Part shown: piece by piece, positions 18,184 to 26,377 of the stretch | How the letters are laid out: each line of letters begins with the position of its first letter | How positions within the stretch are numbered: position 1 is the first letter of the stretch | Source of the DNA: a virus | Lineage: Duplodnaviria > Caudoviricetes | DNA: 26,539 nt | Virus record (IMG/VR): IMGVR_UViG_3300042297_000227 | Coordinates: 1 to 26,539 of that record | Direction: 5' to 3' (one strand) | Program-made: the position numbers and the translations under genes | The notes under the pieces: generated by a model | What the model was told of the DNA's origin: nothing | The model's input: the letters and a program-made list of their open reading frames with translations, nothing else | Databases searched by the model: none

Positions 18184-18978
18184 TTATGATATAGCCCAGG
18201 TATCGGTGTTTAATTTTGTTATTGTTTTACCGGTGTTATACGGCATAATGTATGATGTTATATTACCTGTCCCGCTCCCAAATAAAAAGCCTCCAGTTGG
18301 GCAGTTCAATGTAAGACTTCCTGGGCTGTCTGATAAATTAAATATCCATATTTTTGTACCTAGAGGGAATGGAACTGCTGAATTTTCAGGTATTTTTAAT
18401 GTACGAGAAGCGGTACCGCCATACATATATACATTTTGGTCCCCAAGAACTAATGTGTAACTAGAGGCCATAACGTCTGTTATGCCGTCCAATGCGGATA
18501 CATCTAACTGACCAGACGAGCTTCTCGTATTTACGTTAGTTTGTGGCACTATGTTTAATGTTTTTGCAGCAGACCCATTAAAGGTGTACATACTAGTCCC
18601 CTCTACCGTGCCGCCGTTTGCCTTAATGACCAATGAGTTTGTAGTAGTCCCTCCACTCCCTGCTGGTGCCACCCATGTCCCATCTGCTCTTAAAAAAGCT
18701 GTAGTACCCCCACCAGAAGCCGGTGCAAGTCCTTTTAAAGCTGAGCCAAAAGTGTTAAGCATTTCAGTTACCTCTGCAGGAGATAATGGTAAAGGCGTAA
18801 CTTCTACATTTGTATTATTCCCTAAAATAGAATTTTCTGGGATTGTATTTGTTGAGTTTACGTACTCAGCTACATCAGATGCCACAAAGTTTTTTGTGGA
18901 GCCGACTGAGTCAGTGCCTATCCACTTGTCAGTTGCAACTACAGGGGAACTTGTTTCGTATGTGTTTATTTTAGCCAT
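18184..18978 (-). CDS. Short fibre/spike protein, 264 aa
   Basis: Short N-terminal anchor-like region, one KGL.P..FLRADGTW fibre repeat shared with the 1220-aa fibre, and a C-terminal tip-like domain (YTLVLGD..IP.NS.V.FP.GT.I..K..TDTW). Confidence 0.7.
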   Translation of the reverse strand: MAKINTYETSSPVVATDKWIGTDSVGSTKNFVASDVAEYVNSTNTIPENSILGNNTNVEVTPLPLSPAEVTEMLNTFGSALKGLAPASGGGTTAFLRADGTWVAPAGSGGTTTNSLVIKANGGTVEGTSMYTFNGSAAKTLNIVPQTNVNTRSSSGQLDVSALDGITDVMASSYTLVLGDQNVYMYGGTASRTLKIPENSAVPFPLGTKIWIFNLSDSPGSLTLNCPTGGFLFGSGTGNITSYIMPYNTGKTITKLNTDTWAIS

Positions 18979-18990
18979 ATTGCAAAGGTA
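18979..18990 (-). promoter_or_regulatory. -7 promoter (TACCTTTG-CAAT-ATG), predicted leaderless
   Basis: TAnnTTTG lies 4 nt before the ATG in a 44-nt intergenic gap. Confidence 0.75.
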
Positions 18991-19022
18991 ATGAAATATT
19001 TAGAATCCTGATACTCCTATGT

Positions 19023-19979
19023 TTAACGTAACACTGGAGTTTCATAACCACCTAATGTTATTGCTCTTCCTAACATATTTTGAAAGTTTTGTTCTATTAT
19101 AACTCTTTGCTTTTCTTCAGCAGCAGTATATGCTTTGTGAATATAAAACCCACCATATCCTCTGTTTGTAAAATTTGCTGGAAAATTTGTAGCTGCTAAA
19201 ATACTACTACCTAAATAAATATTTTTTACTGTTATAGATCCTATATTTGGTTTATGTCTAGTACTCATTATTAATGAGCCATCTTTAAACAATGTACTTT
19301 GATTATCTATATAAGACATTGAATAAAACCCTGTTATCATTCTATTTGGAGCATTATTAGCCAAATCAGCAGGTGCAGCATAACTTCCTAAGGTTCCACC
19401 CATAACATTTCCTGAAGCAGTTAGCCACACAGATAAAGCTGAAAGATCAAGAACTACGGCATACGTACTATTAATTATGCAACCCATATCAGTGCATCCT
19501 TGGCTGGTACTAAGTTTAGCTTCATGTGTTCTTACATAACAACTAATACCCAAAGATTTTGCTGGGTTAAGATCTATAAGTGTACCTTGTGATATTCCAC
19601 TATCTAACCATGTATTGCTTCCATTTGAAATTGCACCAGTATTTTTGAATCCTGTTGGATTACACATAGCCTCAGTAACACCTGCACCATATGTAATTCC
19701 ATATAAACTGCTAACAAGATTTATCTTAAAACTATCTTTGCTTCCAGTAGTACCTCTTCCTCCAACTAAGGGATATGCAGCTACCATTTTATCCCATAAG
19801 TTGTAATACTTGTACTGACTTATCCAGTAGTTTATTGCATTTAACTCAATAGGTGATAGCAAGTTACCACCAGCTGCTGTCATCCTAGCCTGAAAATCTA
19901 ATGTTTCAGCTAGCATAACAGAGTAGGGTAATCCAGAAGGATTAAAGTTCTTGTTATAGTTTGAAGGATAAGAATACAT
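19023..19979 (-). CDS. Putative receptor-binding/lectin-like (ConA/LamG-like) virion protein, 318 aa
   Basis: N-terminal helical region (F.AR..AAGG..AIN..LWDKMVAAYPLVGG..KINL), a beta-sandwich-like core and a C-terminal FQ..LGR. Lies downstream of the fibre. Confidence 0.55.
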   Translation of the reverse strand: MYSYPSNYNKNFNPSGLPYSVMLAETLDFQARMTAAGGNLLSPIELNAINYWISQYKYYNLWDKMVAAYPLVGGRGTTGSKDSFKINLVSSLYGITYGAGVTEAMCNPTGFKNTGAISNGSNTWLDSGISQGTLIDLNPAKSLGISCYVRTHEAKLSTSQGCTDMGCIINSTYAVVLDLSALSVWLTASGNVMGGTLGSYAAPADLANNAPNRMITGFYSMSYIDNQSTLFKDGSLIMSTRHKPNIGSITVKNIYLGSSILAATNFPANFTNRGYGGFYIHKAYTAAEEKQRVIIEQNFQNMLGRAITLGGYETPVLR

Positions 19980-20689
19980 TAGAAATTACTTGATTGTACT
20001 GCGTATACTGTTGTTGTGTCTTGAACACCTACATATACTGCTATTGTAGCCCCAAGTTGTGCACCTTCTGGTACAAACAATCCGCCTGTAAATGTCATTG
20101 TCTGCCTATTACCTATAACAGTAGTTGAACGTGTAAGTGTTGGTAAAGCTACCTCTCTTATAGGGAACCAAGTTGAAGAGTTTCTAGGTTTCATAAATAA
20201 CTTACCTACGTTAGCAGCTGAAGCAGCAGCAGATGCTTGGCTATTTATAAAGTTTACCTCATCAACTCTTGTACCTCCAGGGAAACGTAAAACATGTGGT
20301 GCAGTTCCTGCATCAGTATAAGCTATTGTTGCAGGAGCAAGTGCATTATTCACTAAAAAAAAAGTAGCACTATTAGCAGAAACAGACAAACCAGATATTA
20401 TATAATCTGTAGTAATAGCTAATCCAGTTGGTATACCTGCTGTAGTTGTTATAGTTACAATATCACCATTTTTTACATATCCTACTATCTCTGAACTTAT
20501 CATATCCCAGTTAGGCACTGTACACAATATTTTAGAATTAGTACCCGATGAAAATGTAGCCAAATTAGTAAATTTACCAGCTCCAGTTAACAATACATTT
20601 ATTGTTCCTGAACCATCTGTAGCAGTATTTGCTGCTGCTAAAACGACTTGACCTAGGTTGATTGATCCTCCAAAATTAGGAAATTTCAT
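19979..20689 (-). CDS. Fibre-associated beta-rich virion protein with an inserted domain, 236 aa
   Basis: An ANTA.DGSGTI..L.TG...GTRVDEV framework is interrupted by a ~95-aa segment GD.V..TT..G.PTGL...TDY.I...F.L...TDAGT.PH. Confidence 0.55.
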   Translation of the reverse strand: MKFPNFGGSINLGQVVLAAANTATDGSGTINVLLTGAGKFTNLATFSSGTNSKILCTVPNWDMISSEIVGYVKNGDIVTITTTAGIPTGLAITTDYIISGLSVSANSATFFLVNNALAPATIAYTDAGTAPHVLRFPGGTRVDEVNFINSQASAAASAANVGKLFMKPRNSSTWFPIREVALPTLTRSTTVIGNRQTMTFTGGLFVPEGAQLGATIAVYVGVQDTTTVYAVQSSNF

Positions 20690-20692
20690 ATT

Positions 20693-21139
20693 TTATATTA
20701 GTTTTAATAAGTTATTAAATTCTGTTTTGTCAATAGTATTTTCTATTGAATATTCTTCTTCATTTCTAGACACTGAGTATCTATTACCTTCTGATACAAA
20801 CACCCACCCATTTGAAACGGCATTTGCTATCTCAACACTTGTAATTGGAACAGGCACTTTAACTGGAGGTGTTGTAGGCATAGAATCTTCTAAGAAAGAT
20901 TGTTTAAGATCTGATGCATAGTCTCTAATCAATTTAAGAGCATACTCTCTTAATACCGTGTCATCTCCAGGAGTTACAAGAGTAGTATTGAATAGAGACT
21001 CTAAAGCCTGTGATGGGATTAGGTTCTCTAAGTTTGTAGCTGTAGCAGAAGATAATCCTAAAGCTCTTAATCTTTCAGCTAACAGTATGTCTTTTGAGTA
21101 CTGTGCTTGTTGTTCTGTTGTTAGTAATGATAAATCCAT
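20693..21139 (-). CDS. Hypothetical protein, possible fibre assembly chaperone, 148 aa
   Basis: Starts 1 nt after the fibre stop. Acidic and helical. Function is inferred from position only. Confidence 0.55.
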   Translation of the reverse strand: MDLSLLTTEQQAQYSKDILLAERLRALGLSSATATNLENLIPSQALESLFNTTLVTPGDDTVLREYALKLIRDYASDLKQSFLEDSMPTTPPVKVPVPITSVEIANAVSNGWVFVSEGNRYSVSRNEEEYSIENTIDKTEFNNLLKLI

Positions 21140-21140
21140 G

Positions 21141-24100
21141 TTATGTGTAGTTTAAAAATGCTGTCATTAATGTTACAGGATTGTCAGAAGATCCACCTGT
21201 AGAAGATATAGTTAAAGTTCCTGCTGTTTTTGTTATTGTTATATTTGTTCCAGCTACAATATTAATTGTTTTAGCTGAAGATCCATCAAATGTGTATAAA
21301 TCTGTTCCTTCTGTAGTACCACTATCTGCCTTAATTATAAATGGGTTAGTAGTAGTTCCACCTCCTCCTCCACCACCTGCTGGAACTGCCCATGTTCCAT
21401 CTGCTCTAAGAAAATTTGTATTTGCTACACCATTACTTCCAGGGACTAACCCTTTAGTGGTAGCTGCTGTAGAAAATAAATTAAGCATTGCAGTGGCTTG
21501 TGTAACTGTTAAGTCTTCAACATTACCAGTTCCAGCTGTAGTCCTACCTTTAAAAATAGCTGTTGCAACTTGAGCTAACATACTATTAGTAACTACATTT
21601 GTACCTATTGTAGTAGTTGGTACTGCCCATAATCCATCTGCTTTTAAAAATTTTCCAGCAGATGCATCTCCTGATGCTGGGGCTGGTACTAATCCTTTTG
21701 TACCACCACTTCCACTATCTCCTACAACAGCTGTTAATTCTGTAGTTATTGAAGATATTGCAACAGCACTTACTGCTCCTGCAGATCCTGTTGTATTTGC
21801 AAGTAATGTTTTTCCTGATTGGTCTGCAATTGCTGATGTTGCAATTTTTAACCAATTACCATCAGCAGCTAAAAATACATTAGTACCTGGTCCAGATGGA
21901 ACAGGTACAAGTCCTTTTGTTGATCCATTAAATGTATCAAGCATTGCAGTTACTTGAGTTCCACTTAAAGCTAAAGGGGTTGCTGATGTACCTGTATTAT
22001 TCCCAATAATAGTGTGAGCTGCAAGATTAGCCATTTTAGCTAAACTAACAACCCCAGTTCCTATTGTAGTTGTTATTGCAATAGACCCTGTTCCAGATAC
22101 ATCACCACTTAATGTAATAGATTGGTTCCCTGTTATATATGTATTAGTATCAAGAGCAAATACACCTGTTCCTGTCATTTTTACAAATGAAGTTGAAGCA
22201 TATGATAATCCTGATAATGAAGTAAGATTAGTAGCTAAAGGTTGTCCACCTAATCCTGTTAAAGTATATTCAGGAATGTTTAAAACACCTGTTACAGAAC
22301 TATATGTAGCTGCACCTGATGTTCCTGTAGTATTTAAACTAATGGCTGATCTAGCTAAAGCATCTGTATATTGAGTAATGGTAGAACTTATAACACCTGT
22401 TGTGTTGTTATAACTAATTCCTGTGCTTCCACTTAAAGAAGCTAAAGTAATAAAGTTAGAACCATTAGTAATTTGATTGTTGTTAGTTGGTATAGTAATA
22501 ACTCCTGTTGTAGAATCATATGCTCCAGAACCTGCAACAAATGAATTAGATGATCTTGCTCTTACATCTGTGTAATATAAGTTAGTACCTTCTGTTACTT
22601 GTGAAGTTGTATAATCTCCGCTAACTGAAACTACTGCACCAGTCCTTCCAAATACACTAGAAACACCTGAAACAATTGAACCTATATTTCCATTAAGTTT
22701 TTGTATTGCAGTTAAAATAGTATCAGTTGCTGATATTGTTCCTGGACCACTTACATAACCAGTTAAAATAGCAGAAATTGCTCTAACATTAGTAAAATAT
22801 AAATTAGAACCTTCAGCAATGTTTGAAGTTGTTAAACTTACAGCACCTGTAAAACCATTTACAGAAACTACTGCATCAGTATTGTCTACTTTTTGCCATA
22901 CACCGCCATTAAATATTGCCCAATCTCCAATGTTCCAATCAGTAATTCCATTTAAGTTAGTTGTACCTGCAACAGATACAATATAGTAATTACCAGCAAC
23001 TCCTACTCCACTCGCTAAAGCTGGAGTATTAGTATTAGCATTCCAAGTTCCTTTGTATATAGATCCACCAATTAATCCATTAATTTGATTTTGAACTTTA
23101 CCAAAGGCAATTAAGATAGAATCAGTAGCTGAAATAGTTCCTCCTGTAATATTAACTCCTGTTAAAACTTTTGCTATTACTGCTGAATTTACTAAAGATG
23201 GATTTGCATAAGTTCCACTTAATTCACCTCCTGCTGCAATACCTGATATGGTTGTTAAATAAGTTGAGCTATCATAACTTATTGCAGTTCCTGATATCTT
23301 AACAAACCCAGTTCCGCTTAATGCAGCTTGCTTGTTATTAAACGTACTCCAGTCTGTTGATGATAAATATCCATTTACAGAAGTAGTGGCAGCGGGAATT
23401 GAAATAGCCGGAGCCGTTCCCCCGCTTGAAACAATAGGGGTAGTTCCTGTAACACTTGTAACCGTACCTGGAGTAAATCCTAGCCACCCCGCAATTGTTT
23501 TATTAACCCATAGCGTTCCATCAAACCCAAGTATATGGCCATTAATAGGTGTAGTTGTTATAATATCTACATCATGAATTTCTTTTAATTCAAACCCATT
23601 CTGAACTTTAACAAATATCTCTCCGCTTCCAGCACCAACTTTAGTAACTATTCCAATAAACACTAAGTGAGCAGGTGCATAAGGTTTGTTAATCAGGCCA
23701 TATATTAATGCACCGCTGACTCCTAACCAAACAGGGTCACCAGCTGTTGTTCCTGCTGTATTTAACCCGCCTAATAATCCCTCTGTAACAACAAAACCGG
23801 TTTGAGTCCCTCCTGTTGTTGTAATATCAGACTGCATTAAGCCCATAGTCTTACTAGAAGTAGCTTCAGATGTATTACTTGCTCTACCAACAAGCATATT
23901 TGTGCCGTTACTGCCTGTTACATATATAGCAGTTCCTTTTGTTATTGTGCCTGATAACCCGTTATTTTTTACGGTGTGCTTTACAACAGAAGTCCAATCA
24001 GCATAGTTATCTTGCCAAGACAATCCTTCAACAACGCTATTGTTTGCTGTTAAAATCTGACCATCTGTACCAACTGGTAACCTTGTATCTACTGTACTTC

Positions 24101-24803
24101 TTACAAATATATCGCCCTTTGTTGTTAATGGAGATGTGTAAGTAGCTGAATTGCTTAAAATGCCTGAACTTAGTGTCAACCCTGTTCCTATAGCTATCTC
24201 CTCCATTATCCCTGCACCAGCGGTGCTTCTACCGACAAGTTTGCCGGTTGACATTGATGTAGTAATAGTACCTGTCCCTGTTATTGTACCACCAGATATA
24301 AGCCCAGCAGTTGCTACAGATGTAACAGCAGTTGCTATATACGATGGAGTAAAATACTCTAATGCAGTTGCACCTGAGTTTACTCTAATTAATTGATTAG
24401 ATGTACCTAAAGCTGACAGTCCAGTACCACCTCTAGAGGTGCTTAATTGCCCTGCCCATCCTAATGTCAAAGACGTGGCAGCTAGTAAAGATGTAGTCGG
24501 AGTGCCACCTAGAGTTAGGGTAACATTTGTATCATCAATCTTAGTTAAAGCGGCAGGCGATAAAGTAAGCCCGCTGTCCTTTATAAGTTTACCCGTAGTT
24601 CCGTCAAAGAAAACAACACGATTATCCACAGAAGATGAAGGCCCAACAACATCCCCAGTTCCTCCACCTACAGGGTTACCGCCTGGGGTAGCCCCGTCAC
24701 CTATATACAGTTTCTTGGTGTCGGTAGTCCACAATGGTTCTCCCCACTCCGGTGTAATAGTTGTCCTGTCTGAGTTGAGCCCTCTTCTTAATCTTATAGC
24801 CAT
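21141..24803 (-). CDS. Long tail fibre, 1220 aa
   Basis: The N-terminus IRLRRG..P.WGEP.WTTDTKKLYIGDG.T.GG matches the Mtd_N/hyaluronidase-N-type fibre anchor. The body is Gly/Thr/Ser-rich with several internal repeat classes. Confidence 0.85.
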   Translation of the reverse strand: MAIRLRRGLNSDRTTITPEWGEPLWTTDTKKLYIGDGATPGGNPVGGGTGDVVGPSSSVDNRVVFFDGTTGKLIKDSGLTLSPAALTKIDDTNVTLTLGGTPTTSLLAATSLTLGWAGQLSTSRGGTGLSALGTSNQLIRVNSGATALEYFTPSYIATAVTSVATAGLISGGTITGTGTITTSMSTGKLVGRSTAGAGIMEEIAIGTGLTLSSGILSNSATYTSPLTTKGDIFVRSTVDTRLPVGTDGQILTANNSVVEGLSWQDNYADWTSVVKHTVKNNGLSGTITKGTAIYVTGSNGTNMLVGRASNTSEATSSKTMGLMQSDITTTGGTQTGFVVTEGLLGGLNTAGTTAGDPVWLGVSGALIYGLINKPYAPAHLVFIGIVTKVGAGSGEIFVKVQNGFELKEIHDVDIITTTPINGHILGFDGTLWVNKTIAGWLGFTPGTVTSVTGTTPIVSSGGTAPAISIPAATTSVNGYLSSTDWSTFNNKQAALSGTGFVKISGTAISYDSSTYLTTISGIAAGGELSGTYANPSLVNSAVIAKVLTGVNITGGTISATDSILIAFGKVQNQINGLIGGSIYKGTWNANTNTPALASGVGVAGNYYIVSVAGTTNLNGITDWNIGDWAIFNGGVWQKVDNTDAVVSVNGFTGAVSLTTSNIAEGSNLYFTNVRAISAILTGYVSGPGTISATDTILTAIQKLNGNIGSIVSGVSSVFGRTGAVVSVSGDYTTSQVTEGTNLYYTDVRARSSNSFVAGSGAYDSTTGVITIPTNNNQITNGSNFITLASLSGSTGISYNNTTGVISSTITQYTDALARSAISLNTTGTSGAATYSSVTGVLNIPEYTLTGLGGQPLATNLTSLSGLSYASTSFVKMTGTGVFALDTNTYITGNQSITLSGDVSGTGSIAITTTIGTGVVSLAKMANLAAHTIIGNNTGTSATPLALSGTQVTAMLDTFNGSTKGLVPVPSGPGTNVFLAADGNWLKIATSAIADQSGKTLLANTTGSAGAVSAVAISSITTELTAVVGDSGSGGTKGLVPAPASGDASAGKFLKADGLWAVPTTTIGTNVVTNSMLAQVATAIFKGRTTAGTGNVEDLTVTQATAMLNLFSTAATTKGLVPGSNGVANTNFLRADGTWAVPAGGGGGGGTTTNPFIIKADSGTTEGTDLYTFDGSSAKTINIVAGTNITITKTAGTLTISSTGGSSDNPVTLMTAFLNYT
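21385..22040 (-). repeat. Three tandem, diverged ~60-80-aa fibre repeats (..TKGLVP....FL.ADG.W)
   Basis: TKGLVPVPSGPGTNVFLAADGNW, TKGLVPAPASGDASAGKFLKADGLW and TKGLVPGSNGVANTNFLRADGTW. Confidence 0.85.
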
Positions 24804-25022
24804 TTACACGAATGATCCTGCGTCTATTAACACAGAGTTTGTAGGTACTAAAAAAGTCCCTCCGTCGATAAGCACATTGCTATTCGTTGAGGAACCGGTT
24901 ATATCGATGTTTTCGCATCCGTCTCCGCAGTTAACCAAGCTCTGCCCGTTGATTGTCTTCAGGTTGATGTTTTTAGGCACCTTGAGTTTATTGATTACTG
25001 AAAGATTTACGAATGTGTCCAC
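24804..25022 (-). CDS. Small fibre-associated protein, 72 aa (start corrected to GTG at 25022)
   Basis: Fibre-type motifs LKTINGQSLV..G..NIDI and IDGGTF/IDAGSF. Its stop abuts the fibre ATG. The track's MYLCG extension is the promoter motif read in frame. Confidence 0.65.
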   Translation of the reverse strand: MDTFVNLSVINKLKVPKNINLKTINGQSLVNCGDGCENIDITGSSTNSNVLIDGGTFLVPTNSVLIDAGSFV

Positions 25023-25034
25023 ACCGCAAAGATA
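25023..25034 (-). promoter_or_regulatory. -7 promoter (TATCTTTG-CGGT-GTG), predicted leaderless
   Basis: Same 4-nt spacing as the other sites, here to a GTG start. Confidence 0.65.
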
Positions 25035-25040
25035 CAAATA

Positions 25041-25259
25041 TTACTGCTCAATAGGTGATGCCGGTAAATCTTTTGAAGGCCTAGACGCAAATCGCTCTGC
25101 TACCGTGCCGCCTATGGCGACTATGCATATTATTTCAAGGCTGCCAGAAAGCGTTGGGTCAACTATCGGTGACATCAAAAACTTTATGCACATACAAATG
25201 GTACATATGTACCCTATAATCCTCTTATGAGAAACCTTCCCTTGCTCGCTAAATACCAT
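25041..25259 (-). CDS. Small membrane protein (holin/antiholin-like), about 72 aa
   Basis: MVFSEQGKVSHKR followed by two hydrophobic segments. The start is uncertain; the track uses 25316. Confidence 0.5.
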   Translation of the reverse strand: MVFSEQGKVSHKRIIGYICTICMCIKFLMSPIVDPTLSGSLEIICIVAIGGTVAERFASRPSKDLPASPIEQ

Positions 25260-25690
25260 CTTCCTACGATAAAAAATATTATTAATACGTTGATGCCAAG
25301 CAAGTACCAGCACCATTTAGGCACCCTGTTCTTGACAATCTCCTTATACTCAACATGGGACACGATCTTTTCGTGCACCATCTCTTGCCTTGATGTTGTG
25401 TCTGCGTCCTTTTTTACAATCGTCTTTATCTTGCCGTGGTCGTTGAATACATTGACCATAACCCCGTCGGCCTTAATGGTCTGATTGAAAGCCTTTAGTA
25501 TACCTGCACTGTCGCAAGGGCTGTCAACATATGACGTATCGTGAAACTCCTTGCTTATGATTCTGTCACGCATAAACGTGTCCTTCACAATCATAGTGTC
25601 GTGAACGTATTCTTTGTATGATGCTACCTTTCGTAGTTTACAACTAAACAAAAGCGGCACCAGTGCCAGGATGATTATCGTCTTTTTCAT
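25214..25690 (-). CDS. Putative unimolecular spanin (lipoprotein with a C-terminal TM helix), 158 aa
   Basis: Signal peptide and lipobox MKKTIIILALVPLLFSC, a beta-rich middle, and a C-terminal TM WCWYLLGINVLIIFFIVG followed by a basic tail. Confidence 0.7.
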   Translation of the reverse strand: MKKTIIILALVPLLFSCKLRKVASYKEYVHDTMIVKDTFMRDRIISKEFHDTSYVDSPCDSAGILKAFNQTIKADGVMVNVFNDHGKIKTIVKKDADTTSRQEMVHEKIVSHVEYKEIVKNRVPKWCWYLLGINVLIIFFIVGRWYLASKGRFLIRGL

Positions 25691-25856
25691 TTCTTTCTTT
25701 TATCATTATCACCCACTTGTGGATAGAGTACCCTATAGTGATTATCAATAATATTATCTTCAATACAGTGTCAATATCTGTCATACCTATAGCTGCCATT
25801 GCTGCGTTTAATACCCACAGCAATAAATAATCGTGATGATTCTCAATGTTTACCAT
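25644..25856 (-). CDS. Putative holin, 70 aa
   Basis: Two hydrophobic segments and a charged C-terminus (KERNEKDD). Overlaps the spanin-like gene. Confidence 0.55.
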   Translation of the reverse strand: MVNIENHHDYLLLWVLNAAMAAIGMTDIDTVLKIILLIITIGYSIHKWVIMIKERNEKDDNHPGTGAAFV

Positions 25857-26377
25857 ACTCCAAAAATCTTTATCCCAGATGTAGTGTCACTTGTATAAAC
25901 TTTAATTACATTTATTGGCAATAAAGTAAATGCAGGTACAGAATTTAAAGTTATTACATCACCACCTGCAGTAAGAAATTTTACATTACCAACACTCGCA
26001 ACATATAACTGACATGGCTGTGCATAATTAAATGTGCCTCCTGATACAGTAACAGTAGGTGTTGCTCCAGTATACCCAGAACCGCCGTTTACTATTGTTA
26101 ATGAGCCGATTGATCCATCTGCAGCTAAATTAGCTGTTATAATAGCTCCAGTACCAGAACCGCCTGTTACTGTTATGGTCGGAGGTGTAGCGTATCCTGA
26201 TCCTTTATAAGTAGCATTTAATGATATTGCTGTTATTGCAGTACTTGTAAGAGTCCATGTAGCAGAAGTGCCAGCTGCAGCTGTATTAGTAACACCTGGA
26301 GGTGGGATATAATCCCCATCAGTATCTGATGTTACAATAGCGGCCATTCGGCCATTGTTAAATTTTTGATATGCCAT
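25850..26377 (-). CDS. Putative head-spike base protein (RcGTA Rcc01079-like) with an inserted GSGY-repeat domain, 175 aa
   Basis: Framework AAIVTSD...LYVASVGNVKFLTAGGDVITLNSVPAFTLLPINVIKVYTSDTT..I.G, with an insert carrying GSGY twice. Confidence 0.55.
   Translation of the reverse strand: MAYQKFNNGRMAAIVTSDTDGDYIPPPGVTNTAAAGTSATWTLTSTAITAISLNATYKGSGYATPPTITVTGGSGTGAIITANLAADGSIGSLTIVNGGSGYTGATPTVTVSGGTFNYAQPCQLYVASVGNVKFLTAGGDVITLNSVPAFTLLPINVIKVYTSDTTSGIKIFGVW

Noticed and set aside
18540-21450. Diversity-generating retroelement (TR/VR pair), suggested by the Mtd_N-like domain and the duplicated segment
   Set aside because: Both copies are coding, mismatches are not adenine-specific, there are indels, and no reverse transcriptase is present in the window.
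24439-25230. 263-aa plus-strand ORF
   Set aside because: It is the antisense shadow of the fibre N-terminus and neighbouring genes, with no start context or motifs.
25-25484. All other plus-strand ORFs in the track (e.g. 25-267, 9037-9453, 18551-18991, 21181-21573)
   Set aside because: They lie opposite well-supported minus-strand genes, and their Pro/Val-rich translations mirror Gly/Thr codons.
321-26377. Alternative genetic code (TAG/TGA reassignment)
   Set aside because: TerL, portal, MCP and fibre are uninterrupted under code 11, and the TAG stops fall at sensible gene boundaries.
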